Source of the DNA: Podarcis filfolensis
Taxonomy: Eukaryota
DNA: 64,000 bases
NCBI GenBank assembly: GCA_964270895.1
Contig: OZ185445.1
Reading direction: 5' to 3' (one strand)
In this document: positions 1 to 12,286 of the stretch, piece by piece
Layout of the letters: each line of letters opens with the position of its first letter
Position numbering within the stretch: position 1 is the first letter of the stretch
Translations under genes and position numbers: made by a program
The notes under the pieces: model-generated
Seen by the model: the letters and a program-made list of their open reading frames with translations, nothing else
Databases searched by the model: none
What the model was told of the DNA's origin: nothing

Positions 1-763
1 ACGGAATTTTTTAAAGCCACCTCTAGACATGTTTTACTGTACCTAGCAACAAAGGTGCAGCTAGCCAGTGCAGACTACAATTTGCAAAGACTGGAGGAGG
101 GAGAGAGAACTACATATGTAGGTGTTATTCCCTCCATCAGTGGAACAAATTGTAAATGTTACAGCTTGCTGGGAAACGGGTACAGTCCTAGGGACTAGAA
201 ACTTCAATTTTAAAAACCTATCTGACATTTCATTATTATTAAGAATGTGTTAGATTGTCATGCAAGCAGAAGGACTGAAGGCTTGCATTCTGAAAAACAT
301 GACTACAAAGCCAAAACACCTGTGTACATCCCTATATAGCATCAGAAATGTTTTACTTGTCTATGCCAAAGCTTCAGCTGGCTGGAAAAAAAGAAGAATC
401 TCCGAAGAGGAATTTAACCAATGAAGCGGTGTTAAAAACTGACAATCTAACATAACAACATCGCTACCATTAAAGCCAGTTTGCTTCCGCGGTGCTATTA
501 AAGACTCCACATTGCAATGATTCCTTGATGCCACCAAAATAAAGATGTCACTCTGTGGCTACTGGATGAAATAAATGTAGATGAGAAGTGCCAAGTTCTC
601 CCCACCACCACCACCTAACCCGGCCACCCCATCTAACTATGGAGGCGATTTTCACAGAGTCAGAGTAACAAATCAAAAGGAACAATAACTGCCAGTAACT
701 TTGCAGGGATATCTAATGGGAAGAGGCTACAGCTTTTGTAAGATCTTCATCAGAGGACTAGAT

Positions 764-1017
764 CAGGGGTCAGCAAACTTTTTCAGCAGGGGGCCGGTCC
801 ACTGTCCCTCAGACCTTGTGGGGGGCCAGACTATATTTTTTGGGAGGGAAATAATGAATGAATTCCTATGCCCCACAAATAACCCAGAGGTGCATTTTAA
901 ATAAAAGCACACATTCTACTCATGTAAAAACACACTGATTCCCAGACCATCTCCTGGCTGGATTTAGAAGGCAATTGGGCCAGATCCGGCCCCCGGGCCT
1001 TAGTTTGCCTACCCACG
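764..1017 (+). mobile_element. hAT (Charlie-type) non-autonomous MITE
   Basis: Imperfect terminal inverted repeats CAGGGGTCAGCAAACT ... AGTTTGCCTACCCACG; perfect 8-bp target-site duplication GACTAGAT at 756-763 and 1018-1025; no coding capacity. Confidence 0.9.
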
Positions 1018-1249
1018 GACTAGATTGTTGCGTGTTTAAAATGACGGTGGTGGTGATGTAGCAACTAAAGATGAAAGTAATACATTCAGTGCAAACCGGG
1101 TGCCTTTGCAAAGGGAAGTGGCTGGTAAAAGGAAGGCAGCAACCTAAGGGCATAAAGAGAGAGGGAGAGAGAGAGAGTACAGGGTGGGGGTGGAAAACTT
1201 TGACATGCCTAACCTGACAAGGCAGAGGACAGGGAAGACGCTGCATTGC

Positions 1250-1480
1250 ACTAGCAGAGGCAGAGCCTGCACCAGAGGGAGGAGAGAGCGCGCGCCAGCC
1301 TAGGAGATCAGCCATCCCGTCTCCCGGGAAACACCAATCACTGTTCGCGCCTGAGAGGCAACTGGTGCTTGTCACACAGCAGCCTGGTACTGCCCAGCGG
1401 CCCGCTCGCTGCCATTGCTACGCCAGTTCTCGCAGCAGCAGCAGCAGCAGCATCCGTCCTCAAACGGTTGAGTCAAGTGC
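1250..1480. promoter_or_regulatory. Small CpG-rich patch with (GCA)7 repeat; candidate regulatory element downstream of the miRNA
   Basis: Local CpG cluster (GAGAGCGCGCGCC, CCCGCTCGCTGCC) and (GCA)7 at 1432-1452 in otherwise CpG-poor DNA. Function is inferred only. Confidence 0.3.
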
Positions 1481-3565
1481 ACCTTCTTTTGAACTAGCCT
1501 AGCCTTCTCCCCAGAAAAACGCACACACGCATCAGAATACAGTAATCTGATATTCTCAGCTCACGAGAGGGATTGAAAAAAAACAAAGCAGTAATAATAA
1601 TACAAAAAACAGCAAAAAACTTTCCTTCCTCTTTTGTCTGGTGCTGGTTTGGTTTTGAGCATCTTTGCAGGTAACTCTCACCCCCCCTTCCTTTCTCTTC
1701 TTGTAGCCTCAGGTCATTAAGCAACAAGCGGCAGGAATTCAGCAGGCCAGCTGCCTGTCTGTCCACCTCCTCCCTGCCCTCAATGATCTTCAGCATCTTT
1801 CATAAAGAGCTGCACTAAGATCACATTGCACGGTGCTAGGGAACGACCAGCATGGAGTCAGGCTCAGCAGCAACAACAGCAACACGGCTCTCTGTTCCAG
1901 CCGGAGCCCTCACTCCTCTGGGCTATCCAGGAGAGCAGCTAGCTTTGGAAAGGGGAACCAGAGCCACGAACCAAGAAAGGCTTCTGCTTATACCCACCTA
2001 GGATAATAGCAGAACCATAACATGAAAACCAATAATATTAATAACACAATTGTCACTGCCTGGACTATCTGTATTCCATTTTCCTTTGACCTCACTGCTT
2101 ACAATTCCACCCCACAAAGTGTTTGTGTGTGTATCAGAATAGCACTTAATGCAACTGATGAAGTAGTCTGCAGTCCACAAAAGCTTATGCCATGACAAAA
2201 GAATTAGTCTGTAAGGTGCCACAAGGTTGTATGCTGTTGTCTTTGGGGTAACAGACTAGAAAGGGTTAATGCTCTGGGAACTTCCCAAGCTAAGGTGTCC
2301 CTCCTGTGATCTGTGGATGTCTCCATAGGGCCTGAAACAGATCAGACCCTCGGCTCACTAAAATCTGTGACTAAAGAAGGTCTTCCTGATTTAAACATAC
2401 TGTGCATTAAAACAAAAAACAGATTTGCAGCCTAAACTACAAAGCTGGAAGACTTGGATGTAATCTTGTGTAATTCCACTGCAGCTAATGGGACTAAGGC
2501 CTTGTGCCTGCTCACTTGGGAATAAGCTCCATCTGACTAAAGAGAACTTACTTATGAGTAAGCATACATAAGATTGTACTGCACATCAACTTCCATACAG
2601 GTACTTCAGACAAAGAACTGGACAGAGTCAGACAGAGTCCTGGATAGAGTCATAACCCTGTTTACATTGAGGTTAACAGTAAATTCCTGCTGGAAGCAAT
2701 TTATGAGTCTTGGATTAAACTTCAGTCTTGGCAAAGTCCATAAAAGAAACTCTTACTGGCATATTTCACTAGAAAATTAAGTCCCACACAATTGAAATGT
2801 ATTAAGATGTCAAAAATCCATCATCATTATCAAAAGGTAAATAATATACATGTGTTGGTATTGTGAAATGCACTCCCAGTCAGTTTAGATAATCATTTAA
2901 AAAATAATGTGCATTTTCAAAATGTGAATGCCCTTTTCTTCTTAGTGTTACTTTCTGTTTGCTACCTCCTTCACAACCTCCCTCTTGCCCCACCCTAATT
3001 AAATGAGAAACAGGCAAGAAATCCCAGTAAATCCACCATTTCCGTGACAGAGAAACACTGATTAAGCAACAGAGTAAAATTAAAGATGTTTATGAAATGT
3101 TTGTTTAAAAGAACCCAAAATGTACAGATGACAACTATTATTTTAGCCAATGGAGAGGCTCTTATGACACCCTATGAACCCCCTAGTTCTATGTTCCTTT
3201 ATGTGGAAATAAACTCCACTGGTTCCATGGATCATACTTCCGAATAAATATTTAGAAACACAAACTTTGTGGTCCAGTTCTCTACTTGTTCATTCAGACC
3301 TTCCCTTGAGTACCCAGACTTACAGTTGATTTTAAAAAATTGTTGGCTGTTGTTGGCTAGTTATTATGCATAATTTTTTTAATTTGGGGCCTACAGCTGA
3401 AATAGTTTACTCCAGTGAACAGCAATACTATACATGTCTACTCAAAAGTAAACTCTAATGATTCCAATGGAATTTACTCTCAGGTGAGTGAGTATAATAT
3501 TGCAACCTTAGTGAATTGAGGACTCTGGCCAGTGCCATGCACTCTTGGAAGTTCAATAACTGAAT

Positions 3566-3816
3566 TATGTTCAAAACCTTTAAAAATCATTATTACCCAA
3601 GTAGAGTAGACCCACATTGAAATGACTATACCAAAGTTAGCCATGCCCATTAATTTCAATGGGTGTACTTTGAGTATGGCTAACCCATAATTGTTAAGGG
3701 TTGTATTCAATATAAATCATACTCATAGCAGACCCATGGAAATGAATGTACCCAAGTTAGTCATGTCAATTAATTTCAATGGGTCAACCCAAGTAGAGCA
3801 TAGCTGGATACAACAC
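3566..3816. mobile_element. Two adjacent copies of a palindromic squamate MITE-like repeat
   Basis: Second copy 3698-3816 has ends GGGTTGTATTCA ... TGGATACAACAC and an internal GACCCATGGAAATGAA ... TTAATTTCAATGGGTC inverted repeat; the upstream copy repeats the same core (AGTAGACCCACATTGAAATG ... ATTAATTTCAATGGGTG). Confidence 0.55.
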
Positions 3817-4913
3817 TAAGAAAAGAAAACATTTTACTATTAACTTTTGGTAAACCATTTTGATACTGCCACCCCTTCCTCTCAACCAACAGTATTTTGT
3901 AATCCATTATGATCACATTTTACTATTCATCTAGTTAATTCGTCCTTTATAATTCATGGTGTTGATAGCTGGAATACTCAACAAAAGCGTGGGGTTTTTT
4001 TGAAAAAAAATACAATAAAACTTAATGGTGAACAAAATAGTGGAGAGAGTAAGAATTAAAACAAAAGCAGCATAATTATGTATAACATCACAAACTACTG
4101 ATTTATTTTTTAAAATTTCACCAATTGCCCCTTTTAAATGCTAAATCAAAGGCTGAACTGGTTAGGTCCATTATAAGTTATCATTATAAATTTTCTTAAA
4201 GCGATGAAAGCAAAGTATTTCATTGTGAAGCACTATTGTGGCACCCAATCCTGTATGGGCAAGCTCCTGTAATTCCTCATTAAAGCTCCTCTCACATACA
4301 CTGTGTTGTTTGTCAAGCTCAAACTGATTAATATTCAAAGAGAAGTCCTAAATATAGTAAACTGGAGAGCTAACCACAGCAAACTTTCTAGGCTATCATT
4401 ACTATGAAACCAGCCAGCTGAAACATTTTTTAAGAATACAGACTGTATATGCTGTTTATTTTCTAGATTACTTGAGAAGCAGTTTTGCAACTTGAACTTC
4501 TAGAGAAAGGATTACCCAGGCTCTACCTCAGCAATTCAAACTCCCAAACTGGGAAGAAAGAAAGGGGGGGGTTTGCTTGCCTGAAATAACTTTTAAATGA
4601 AGACCCCTTTTTTTAGTCGCTTTTTTGTTATGTTGTGCATTGTACAGCCTAGCAATGATATTAGTTCTAGTGTGGGAAAATATTATAATTGAGATCTGGT
4701 AAGTTATTTGCAGACTTCAAGTTTTTCTTTACACTGTGCTGACATTTAGCATAGCCCTAGTGAGGAAAACAATACTGCCATTCATGGCTCTAGACGTAGG
4801 TTTCAATCGACTTAAGCGGGCACAATGAAACTTGGTCATTCACTGGTTACCCATATTGTGTTCTCAAATTTTCTCTCAGCAAAAGTATAATGACTCAGTA
4901 TTGTATGGCCGCA

Positions 4914-5045
4914 NNNNNNNNNNNNNNNNNNNNNNNNNNNNNNNNNNNNNNNNNNNNNNNNNNNNNNNNNNNNNNNNNNNNNNNNNNNNNNNNNNNNNNN
5001 NNNNNNNNNNNNNNNNNNNNNNNNNNNNNNNNNNNNNNNNNNNNN
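4914..5045. other. Assembly gap / masked run (132 N)
   Basis: Directly seen. Confidence 1.
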
Positions 5046-5465
5046 TCTCTTTTCAAAAAAGAATGAGGCTGGTTCCCACTAGTTAACATGCATACTCACG
5101 CAAGCCTGCAACTTCACTCCCAACTGTTTTACAATGCAATGGTATGCTAAATAAATTTGATCTGGGCTCTTCCAGTGTTAAAGCTAGCCATCAAAGGCCT
5201 GCTCAGATTATATTTATACTTCTGTGGACTAAGCTTTATGTTTGCAGGCTATTTCAAGCTCTCGAAAGAAATATCACCTTACTGCCACAAAATCATTTTG
5301 ACTGAAATATTGTAAATGACAAACCAAACTGAACTTTTCTCACAATTGTTATAGGTTGACAGTATGCGGAGTAAAAATAATAATGAATAAATGAACTTAA
5401 CCGACTTTGTGTCAAATCGGAGGAAGAGAAATAATAAATAATAATAAAATAACATTAAAATGTAT

Positions 5466-5471
5466 TTTATT
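5466..5471 (-). terminator. Candidate poly(A) signal of the miR-9-2 host transcript
   Basis: Minus strand reads ...TTTGTACCC...ATCAATAAAATACATTTTAATGTTATTTTATTATTATTTATTATTTCTC: upstream UGUA, AAUAAA and a U-rich downstream element, about 2.5 kb 3' of the hairpin. Other AATAAA hexamers occur near 6096-6106 and 6346. Confidence 0.45.
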
Positions 5472-6812
5472 GATTGATACTCATGAAACATTAGCAGGGT
5501 ACAAAACAATTCTGATGTGACAATGGCTAACACAGAATTATATCATAAAGGGGGGGGGGAATCCTTAGGTGCTTTCCTTAACAAATGTACAGAAAAGGAC
5601 CAAGAGGTAAATAAGATCTCATTTCACAAAGTAAAAGTAATTTCACTCCACTAGGTTTTTTGTTTGGTTTTTTTGTTTTTGCTAATCAAAAGATTTCCCC
5701 AGACAACATCTTGTTACCTTAATTGAACCTCTTTAAGAAAACTACACACTTTGTAATGTAAATGTTAATTGTAGTAGACAATGACCCTAGGTAAACAGCA
5801 CCCCTGGACATGCAGTAAAGAAGAGGGGGGGAAGGCAGCAAGGCACTTAACAATGAGAGGCTGGTCACACAAACAGAACTTCCGAAGTAAATAAACAAGG
5901 GGACTGTTCATTGGTCACTAGAGTAGTAAACTCTGGCACGTGCACAGCAGCCAAAACGGCTCTTTTGTAAACAGTCTCGCCATCCAAAATTCAGCGCAAA
6001 GTACTGTAACAAGCTAAGCTCCTTAAAACTAAGCTCTTGCAAAATCATTTATGTCTGCAGGCCACGGTGCCTTACTTTAAAGCCACATCCTTGCTTTTAT
6101 TTTATTTTTAAATGTCAAGTGCATGTCATTACTGGCTGCAAGTTTATATGCTGGGGCTTACTGCTGACTAAAAATACATAGGAATTTGCTATCACATGTG
6201 TTACACATGTACACACACATGCACAGGGTGTATTCTGGCCTAAGGTGGCTCTGAAGTTTATCAGAAATAAAGAGTCTGCTTTCTTATCTTGGGAGCATCC
6301 CAGGGGCAAAGACTGCACTTCCAAAACAAGCTGATTTAAATATAATTTATTTTTTATATATAAAAAAACCAACAAAAATTGCAAAGTGCAGTAATTAATA
6401 TTAAAATTAAATATTGGGGAGGAGGGTGTTTGGTAGAGAGGGAGAGGATTTGCCCAGGAAATATATAAACACCTTGCTTCCCACCACTTTTCTTTTGTGA
6501 GCTTCACTGTAGAAAATTTTCATCTCAGAAGCAAAGCTACATTTGATTATGAGTAGCTGAAACAGTGGTTATAGAATTAACAGAAACAGACAGTCTGCAG
6601 CTACAGAACAGTTGGGGTCCCCACTTGGGAGCCTGCAGATGGCTGTGGGTGGGAAATGCCTCCACTTTCTTAAGGGATGGAGATGAGTCTGGTGTGGTGC
6701 ACTTGATGTTTTTTTCATAGGCAACCCCCACAGGGCTGTCTGTCATAGGCTGCCGGGCCCATAGCTTTGCCACTTGCCCCCGAGCGTGGGAATGGGAGCG
6801 TCCAGCCGTTCA

Positions 6813-6955
6813 CATCTCAGGCATTCCGTTTAACGGAATCAATTAGGCAAGACCAGACCCCTCAGATTCCCCACCCCCTTGCCTTCTCTCTCTCTCTCTC
6901 TCTCTTTTGGTCAGGTCTATATACGTCCTAATTATTTCAGTTTGAGATGCCTGAG
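6813..6955 (-). other. Nested inverted-repeat element (candidate structured RNA) in the host exon
   Basis: Four compatible stems seen: 6813-19/6943-49, 6823-29/6833-39, 6841-47/6927-33, 6850-59/6909-18 (9 of 10 pairs). Confidence 0.45.
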
Positions 6956-7999
6956 CAGTTTCCTGGATAGATCTGATCATCCTTAAACAAGAAGAGAGCA
7001 GGCGCACACGTGGGTTTTGGCGTAAATGTCACTTTCATTTCTAATACTAGACGCAGAATAAGACACAGACTACTTTTTAACACTTTGACAAGGGCGGAGG
7101 CAGTCTCGTCTCCATCACGTTTTTCTGCTTCAGTAGCTTCCTCAAGGAAACCCTTTTGGAACAGAGAAGCATCTGTGCTTGCATTTTGAATAGAAGACTG
7201 GTCGGCTGGTGGATTCCCCCCCCCCCCAATTTTTTTTAATAATAATAGTAATGGTAATAGTAATCAACCTTCAGCTTCCTCCTCCCCCCCCTCCCAGTTT
7301 GTGGAACTCTACCAGATCCTTGGTAGACCGAAATGATTAACCTAGCCTTATTCTTCAATCCAAATGTTTATTTTTTATTTTAGGCTTTGGCTTTCGTCTC
7401 TTGGAATAACAGCATACCCAGCAACACTACAAAACTTTTAAAAGTCTCACAGGCAGAGTTTGGCCCTACACACACACACACACACACACACAAACCCCTA
7501 AAAATAAATTATAAATACTTTAAAAGCACACAGGCCACAACATTATGCTTCCAAACACATGCTAATCGTTTCTCAATGTTTAGCAAAAGACTGCAGTCTT
7601 GTACACACTTACCCAGGAGTAAGTTTCATTGAATTCAATGGAACTTGCTTCTGAAGAAGCGTGCAACCGCTGGAAAACAATTACATCAGAACTTAAAGTA
7701 TTAACTTAATCATCCCCCACCTCCCAGAACAGCAAAAACTTGCACATGCATTTGTTTACCATGAGCACCATATCCTCTTTGCAGCGTATGGTTTACTCTT
7801 CATCATCCTGTGCCTGTCATCTTGTACATGTATACATGTACAGATAGATTTGGCACTCGTATGTCACTGAATTTCGTCCTCTCTCGCCTTGAGCTGTAGA
7901 AAAGGTGCCATTCAATAAGAATTCCTGACATGGCTGGGTCTGTCTCTTGCTGGAGTTTCTCGTTTCCTTGTGCAGCACGAAGATCATGAAGGAGTTTTT

Positions 8000-8021
8000 A
8001 CTTTCGGTTATCTAGCTTTAT
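8000..8021 (-). ncRNA. MIR9-2: mature miR-9-3p (miR-9*)
   Basis: AUAAAGCUAGAUAACCGAAAGU, exact. Confidence 0.98.
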
Positions 8022-8035
8022 GAAGACCAACACAC

Positions 8036-8058
8036 TCATACAGCTAGATAACCAAAGA
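8036..8058 (-). ncRNA. MIR9-2: mature miR-9-5p
   Basis: UCUUUGGUUAUCUAGCUGUAUGA, exact. Confidence 0.99.
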
Positions 8059-8949
8059 TAACAACTCGCTTCCCTCATATGCTCTGAGGTCGACTGGAGG
8101 GTCTTTTCCGCCCCTCCTTCTCTAGAATCCAGATTGTTTCTGCAAATAGACTTCTCCAAGAACACCAGCCGTGCCTTAAAATATTCATCCTTTCAGCGTA
8201 ATTGTCACCTGCTTCACAGTGTCTGGACTTGTGTGTGCTTCTAATACCACATCCCAAGTAGATCCGTCGCCTTCAAAGTTTTATTCCGAACTTTTCTTGT
8301 CTCTTTCTCTTTTACCCCCATCCTGTCTCTTTCTCCCTCCTTTAAAGCCAGCGATTTCCGGCAGCGATGGACCAACTATTCATCTGTTTAATATCAGAAA
8401 GTAAAACCAGCTATTAAGGTGCATCAAGCTGTTAAGAGTGCGAAGCATCCATCCCTCCACAGGCCTCTATTTGCATTGTAAATTGCTTCATTCTCGTGAA
8501 AAGTCTTTAGCCTCTATAAAGATGTAAAGCCATCGGCAATTTCCAGCGCAGAGCAAGGAGGAAGCAGGGGGTGTTGGGAGTGTCTCCCATTTCAGAAGAA
8601 ATTGACAAGATGATGGTGGTGGTGGTGCGAGGATCCAGCTCTCCCTCCTGATCCCTTTTGCGGATTATGCATCAGAGCGCTCTTAAAAATTCTTATTTTA
8701 ACCAAATGGTGGCAGCAAATATCTTGCGGGTTTTGAAGGGGAGGTGGGGGAGGAAGCAACCTGGCAGATCCACGATTTCTCAGGATTCCCAGAGCTGCTG
8801 CGCATGAGGAGCTGCAGGTCTTGCTGGCTGGCTGGCTGGCTTGCTGCTGCTGCTGCCCCCGGTCTGAAAGAAGGAGAAAAGGGCTATCATTGGAGGGCTT
8901 GCAGTGCCAAAAAATGTTGACCAGCCCGGCAAGGTCAGAGGTCCTGGAC

Positions 8950-9900
8950 CGCGGGAGACCAAGGTAATGATGATGTCACGAGGAAGCTCAAGTACACCCG
9001 GTTATTGCTATGCATGAGCGATCAGCGATCTGCCCCCTCCGCGCCATGGGGAAGAGCGGTGGTGGCGGCGGCGGCAGCAGCAGCGGCAGCAGCACCCTCG
9101 GAACACCATTCCTACTCTCCCAACCAGCACAGGATCGCCTTCTCTAGCGCTACCGGGAGGAGAGAGAGGGGGCGGGAAATATATATATATATTTATATAT
9201 ATATCGCGGCCTTTTACCTTCCCCGTTGCTAGCGCAGATCTCTCTAATATCCAAAGACTGGGAGGAATCTCTCTCTAAGGACAGATAAAAGCGTTTCAGG
9301 TCGGGGGAGGCGGGGAGCGGCATGGAAATAGGGCGGGGTGGGGAAAGGAGAGGAGAGGCGCCTTTGCCTGCATCGCTCTCTCTTTCTCTCTTCTGGCAGA
9401 CTCTGCATGTGCTGTGCAGGGAGATGTGTGTGACTGAGCCAGGCACTCGCGGCTCGCTGCTGCTGCTGCTGCTGCGATGACTGCTTAAAGCAGGGCCTGC
9501 TTTCTGGGACTGGGAATCTACGCGCGTCTTTACGCAGCGCGAGCGGAGGTGCCATTGCATTGCTAATTCGCTCTGCCCGTCTGGCGCTTTGGAAATGGCT
9601 TCACTTCTCGCTCCCTGCTCAGGGGCTACAAGACCCTCTTCGCCAGTGCTACTTGCACCGTGGAGGTTGCACAACGCAGTTTACGCGCGCGGGGAGGAGG
9701 GGGCGGATGCTGCAAAGAGCAGGCTGCTCAAGCCTCGCTCCCTCTCTTCCTTTCCGAGCTGCTCTCTGTTTCCAGCAAATCCCCCTCTCCAACCGACGCG
9801 CGCTCCCGCTCGCCCTTTTCACACATAGCACATTTCTCCCGTCTTTCCCTTGACCCTTCCCAGCTCTGGACAGCGCAGCGCAAGCGAACATGCGGCTTTC
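8950..9900. promoter_or_regulatory. CpG-island-like region about 1 kb upstream of the hairpin
   Basis: Dense CpG, with GCG/GCA and CTG triplet runs and a (TA)n tract at about 9179-9203. Judged by eye, not computed. Confidence 0.6.
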
Positions 9901-11706
9901 CTTTCCAATTTTAATGCATCCGTTTCATTTGAAGATGTGTCCAAACACAGCGAAAATGTACTCTGGGTTGTTTTTCAAACTTCCTACCGCTGCTGATGGC
10001 AATGGCAAGCAGTATGCCCAGGGAAGCCCTCCATCCTGAAAGGTTCATAAACACCCTGTTCAGCCTCTCCCCATTCCCCTAACCTCCCAAAAGGCAAAAA
10101 GGAGCAGGCATTCAGAAAGAGGCATAAGGGACATTACCCTGTGAATTCCTGCTATAGAATTCGGACAGGGAGATTTTATATATTCTTCCCAGTGTAAAGG
10201 GCAAACATTACAGGCCCTCTTGATTATATGGGAAACAATGAATCTCACGGCAGAGAGCTGCGCTGTTTACTGATCAAATTAATAAATGCACTTCAACCGC
10301 TTGCCAGTTTATATTTAAACACTCAGCAGAGCTATGTCTGCCCCCACATTCCAAAAGGAACCAGGAGTCCTGCTGTTGCATGTTAAGGTATAGTATGTTA
10401 AGGGCAAAAGGAAACAATATATACTATACTGTTCAATATAGTCCAGGATTGTTTAGAGGACAGTCTTCAGAGTGCATTTTAAAAAGGCATATTTCCTACA
10501 ATGTGCCATACCTGCATGAGTTAGCATTTATTTTCTCCTTCACATATAAAAAAGGCAACATTTGTGTATGTGTGTGTGCTCGCGCGCCTGTGTGCGATAC
10601 CTACGTGTATGTGCACTCCACACCCACACACCAACCACAACCAGCCATCATCACCATATTAACGTGCTTGCATTATACTTGTGTGTTTTCCAGGGTATCT
10701 AACCTGCATGCCTGTCACTACCCTGAAGGGCGAAATCTGTGGGGTTTTGTGGAGCGAGACATGTCTACTTTCCCAATGTCTACTTTCGATACTCGAAATT
10801 AGACTTGTCAACGGCTAAAGATGAATGCTGCCATATATACAGGCAAAAGGAAAGCAAAATAAAGTAATGGCAAGGCAAAGTCCCCGATTAATTGATTGAA
10901 ATGATTCCTAGGTTGATGCTACCTATAAATGTTCCAAAAACAAAGCACCTTCACAACTGACGATGCACTCAAGCCACAACTGTTTTCATTCAGTATCCTC
11001 CCTGTATTGTTAATTATGCATCGTGAAATGTCATAGTCAGGTAAACCATGCTTACGGCGTCAGTGTCATGTTATATAAGACGACATGAGAAGGCCATGCC
11101 TCTGTTTTTCCACAGACAGAACAAAATGGTGAGGATTCCTATGTACAGTGCAGTGAGCTTCGCTTTTTTTTTTAACCATCTGAGGCTGCATAGGTACCAG
11201 CGGCATTAGTGTGTTGAGCAGCAATATGTATAAAGACACACGTTCATTCTGATGGTCTGTAGAAGTCTAATGAGCTTCTTTGAATTGGCAGATACACAGA
11301 ACAAAGCCCTGCCCCCCCCCACTTTATTTCGCAGTAGCTAGAGGCAGCAGTGCGAGTGATCGGGCATGTGCTATAACAGACCAGGCTTATGAGCTGATGC
11401 ATTAAAATCAGAGACAAGAACATTCAGATAACGTGAGGTCTCTCTGGGCATGCTATACATATTGGCATATATACACGTGTGTACACGCGCCTGAATGCGT
11501 TTAAAATGAAGTTGGCTAAGGAGGCAAGCCTTGGCTCTTATTTATTTTGACGCTGCCTTCAGGATCCATTGAATTCAATGGGACTTCTGCTACTATTCAC
11601 CTCCTGCACTTAAAAAGAGAATGACTTGTTTTCCTCTATCAGTTACCACGTAGATCAAGAAACACACCTGTGTCGTTTTGCAGATCGATAGCCTTTGGAG
11701 CCCTCA

Positions 11707-12286
11707 TGACGTGAAAACAGCTAACGTCACAAGGATGACCTTGCTGATCATTAAACACAGAAAGGATCGCCCTCCTGCTTCTCCTTTGCTTTGCAGGTGT
11801 CTAGGAAATCCACACGTTATTCTAAATATCTGCACATGGAAGAATTATCAGTTGCTTTCAATTACGTGTGTTTAAGACTAAGGTGTTGTTAAGGCAGCGT
11901 AGAAAACCCCTGACGTCTCTGAATGTCTACAGTGCCTATGAATCAATTGTTCTCTCCAGGTATTCTTTACAATTCCGTATGTCCGTAAAATAAACCGCAT
12001 TTGGTTAAGCAGGAGATGCAGCCTTTGGCAATGCTAAACTGCCCACACCGCCATGTTGCTGGGTTTTGTTTTGTTTTTCATTATAGGCATTTCCAGTAAG
12101 TGGGTTAGCCTTATTTTAAAATAAAAATTCACCGAGAACGATGAATCGCCATTTTAAAGCAATCTGCGTTATTTGAAAGATCCTGAACTCTAACTAGGCT
12201 CTCTAATAAATGGCCTGTAGATTTGGATGTGATTGCCATGCTTGTTTTCTAATCTCTTTATGGGTCTCCAGATGGTTGTGACGTAA
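11707..12286. promoter_or_regulatory. Cluster of four CRE/ATF half-sites (TGACGT)
   Basis: TGACGT at 11707, ACGTCA at 11724, TGACGT at 11911, TGACGTAA at 12279. Confidence 0.35.

Larger units (their letters stand above)
7987..8073 (-). ncRNA. MIR9-2: microRNA precursor mir-9-2
   Basis: Minus strand GGAAGCGAGTTGTTATCTTTGGTTATCTAGCTGTATGAGTGTGTTGGTCTTCATAAAGCTAGATAACCGAAAGTAAAAACTCCTTCA (87 nt). The flanks and loop identify the 9-2 paralogue, and linkage to MEF2C agrees. Confidence 0.99.
5450..8383 (-). ncRNA. MIR9-2HG: Putative terminal exon of the miR-9-2 host lncRNA (LINC00461/MIR9-2HG orthologue)
   Basis: Contains mir-9-2; candidate acceptor (minus strand GGTTTTACTTTCTGATATTAAACAG|ATG, AG at 8385-8384) and candidate PAS at 5466-5471. 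Synteny with the MEF2C 3' end on the same strand matches the known amniote locus. Boundaries are inferred. Confidence 0.55.

Noticed and set aside
9005-9232. Poly-alanine ORF resembling a transcription factor exon
   Set aside because: The Ala run comes from a GCG/GCA repeat, and the frame continues into a (TA)n tract.
9855-9880. REST RE1 site (GGACAGCGC right half; also TTCAGCACC left half at 23038 and a weak match near 9090)
   Set aside because: Only isolated half-sites, no canonical 21-bp RE1; REST control of miR-9-2 is reported, but I cannot place the site.
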